Source: an uncultured Gemmatimonadales bacterium
GTDB taxonomy: Bacteria > Gemmatimonadota > Gemmatimonadetes > Longimicrobiales > Gaopeijiaceae
Direction: 5' to 3'
Length of the DNA: 40,154 nt
Assembly: GCA_937982605.1 (NCBI GenBank)
Contig: CALJLC010000342.1
Span: 1 to 40,154, forward strand
Part shown: positions 40,061 to 40,154 of the stretch, piece after piece
How positions within the stretch are numbered: position 1 is the stretch's first letter
Layout: each line of letters begins with the position of its first letter
Translations under genes and position numbers: made by a program
The notes under the pieces: model-generated
What the model was told of the DNA's origin: nothing
Databases searched by the model: none
The model's input: the letters and a program-made list of their open reading frames with translations, nothing else

Positions 40061-40154
40061 GACGCGCCGGCCCGCTCCGTCCGCCCGCACGCGCCGCCCA
40101 GAGGAGTGCGGATACCGACGCGGCCACACCGGCCGTGGCCAGGAAGGGTAGCGG

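Noticed and set aside
40053-40154. Possible 3' end of a minus-strand gene at the right edge (...PLPFLATAGVAASVSALLWAARAGGRSGPARLR*), converging on the HMA-like gene.
   Set aside because: Only 33 codons are visible and there is no recognisable motif. It cannot be separated from an open alternative frame in GC-rich DNA.
1-40154. I looked for mobile elements, terminal inverted repeats, integrases, CRISPR arrays, tRNA/rRNA genes and tandem repeats that would mark the region as a transferable island.
   Set aside because: None were found by eye. The only dispersed repeat is the 38-bp operator. The single composition anomaly noticed is the somewhat lower-GC hypothetical gene at 24299-25573, which is not quantified.

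Overview
High-GC (roughly 68-70% by eye) bacterial chromosomal segment from a diderm lineage: it has outer-membrane barrels and Sec/Tat signal peptides. The taxon cannot be fixed from sequence alone. I support about 47 protein-coding genes and found no rRNA, tRNA, CRISPR, transposase or integrase. The window is a dense copper/metal-homeostasis island. Left to right: (1) a PepSY-TM/SnoaL-like pair; (2) copABCD plus two extra periplasmic proteins; (3) a porin plus two c-type cytochromes; (4) a MacB/FtsX-type ABC exporter whose ATPase carries a C-terminal YHS/TRASH domain, with LolA-like and OM-barrel partners; (5) an 11-gene operon of PII-like, SHOCT and YHS genes followed by a stripped-down complex-I-like module; (6) a beta-CASP MBL / class-II amidotransferase / unknown-protein operon; (7) an archaeal-type (class II) GAPDH plus an ICMT/CzcN-like methyltransferase; (8) a heme-binding-domain / DUF2933-like / UbiB-kinase / K-channel-like operon; (9) a PLD-family gene; (10) a Met-rich CpxP-like / geranylgeranyl-reductase-like / CrtI-like operon; (11) a TlpA-like thioredoxin; (12) a YHS plus HMA-like pair. 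Two observations stand out. First, a 38-bp composite operator (ATGAAG-N4-sTTCAY-N6-TTCAY-N6-TTCAY, i.e. one inverted half-site plus three direct repeats phased at exactly 11 bp) occurs 10 times. Every copy is intergenic and upstream of an operon, and three loci carry back-to-back divergent pairs. This ties about 10 transcription units into one apparent regulon, and no DNA-binding regulator is visible in the window. Second, within that regulon sits a self-contained complex-I-like membrane module (NuoA, H, J, K, L, M, N homologs). Its only peripheral-arm component is a cysteine-less NuoB-NuoD fusion remnant, and there are no NuoC/E/F/G/I homologs. It therefore looks like a redox-dead, possibly ion-translocating machine co-regulated with copper resistance. 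All family assignments come from motif recognition by eye, not from database searches.
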